This document shows, one piece after another, positions 63,933 to 64,000 of a stretch of DNA of 64,000 nucleotides. The notes under the pieces are model-generated. The model was not told where the DNA came from. It worked only from the letters and a program-made list of their open reading frames with translations, and searched no databases. The stretch comes from Phallusia mammillata. Lineage: Eukaryota. Each line of letters begins with the position of its first letter. Positions within the stretch are counted from its first letter, which is position 1. Both the position numbers and the translations under genes were made by a program. Location: positions 30,318,001-30,382,000 of the forward strand of contig OZ281494.1 of assembly GCA_965637545.1 (NCBI GenBank), read 5' to 3'.

Positions 63933-64000
63933 CAGGGCTACTCAAACTTTCTAGCTCTGCGACCCCATTTTCAAACAGAAATTTCTACGCGACCCCTTGA
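63933..64000. mobile_element. Left end of another hAT-type MITE, cut by the window edge
   Basis: cagggctactcaaactttctagctctgcgacccc begins immediately after the TSD of the preceding MITE. Confidence 0.55.

Overview
AT-rich, intron-dense animal genomic DNA; the compact gene style is ascidian-like, but the taxon is my inference. I reconstructed the genes by hand from splice sites and reading frame. (1) The 3' end of a small single-pass membrane gene, then two tandemly duplicated 5-exon type I membrane genes with Asp/His-rich ectodomains and twin PPxY tails; copy 2 carries an expanded Asp/His repeat of about 290 aa. (2) PRPF3, whose N-terminal PWI exon appears decayed. (3) Three tandem 9-exon glutathionyl-hydroquinone reductase (YqjG/ECM4, Xi-class GST) genes on the minus strand; one has CPFA instead of CPWA. 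(4) The most notable feature: a gene of at least 21 exons and about 1,284 aa (40504-54363, +) fusing a signal peptide and a thrombospondin type-1 repeat to a full-length bacterial-type VioB/RebD/StaD-like protein with a C-terminal ferritin-like domain. The first two exons of a near-identical paralog start at 61377. (5) Mobile DNA: a 3.5-kb hAT transposon with a perfect 8-bp TSD and a frameshifted transposase, a truncated gypsy LTR-gag fragment, many hAT MITEs, tRNA-derived SINEs and a Helentron-like tandem-repeat element.
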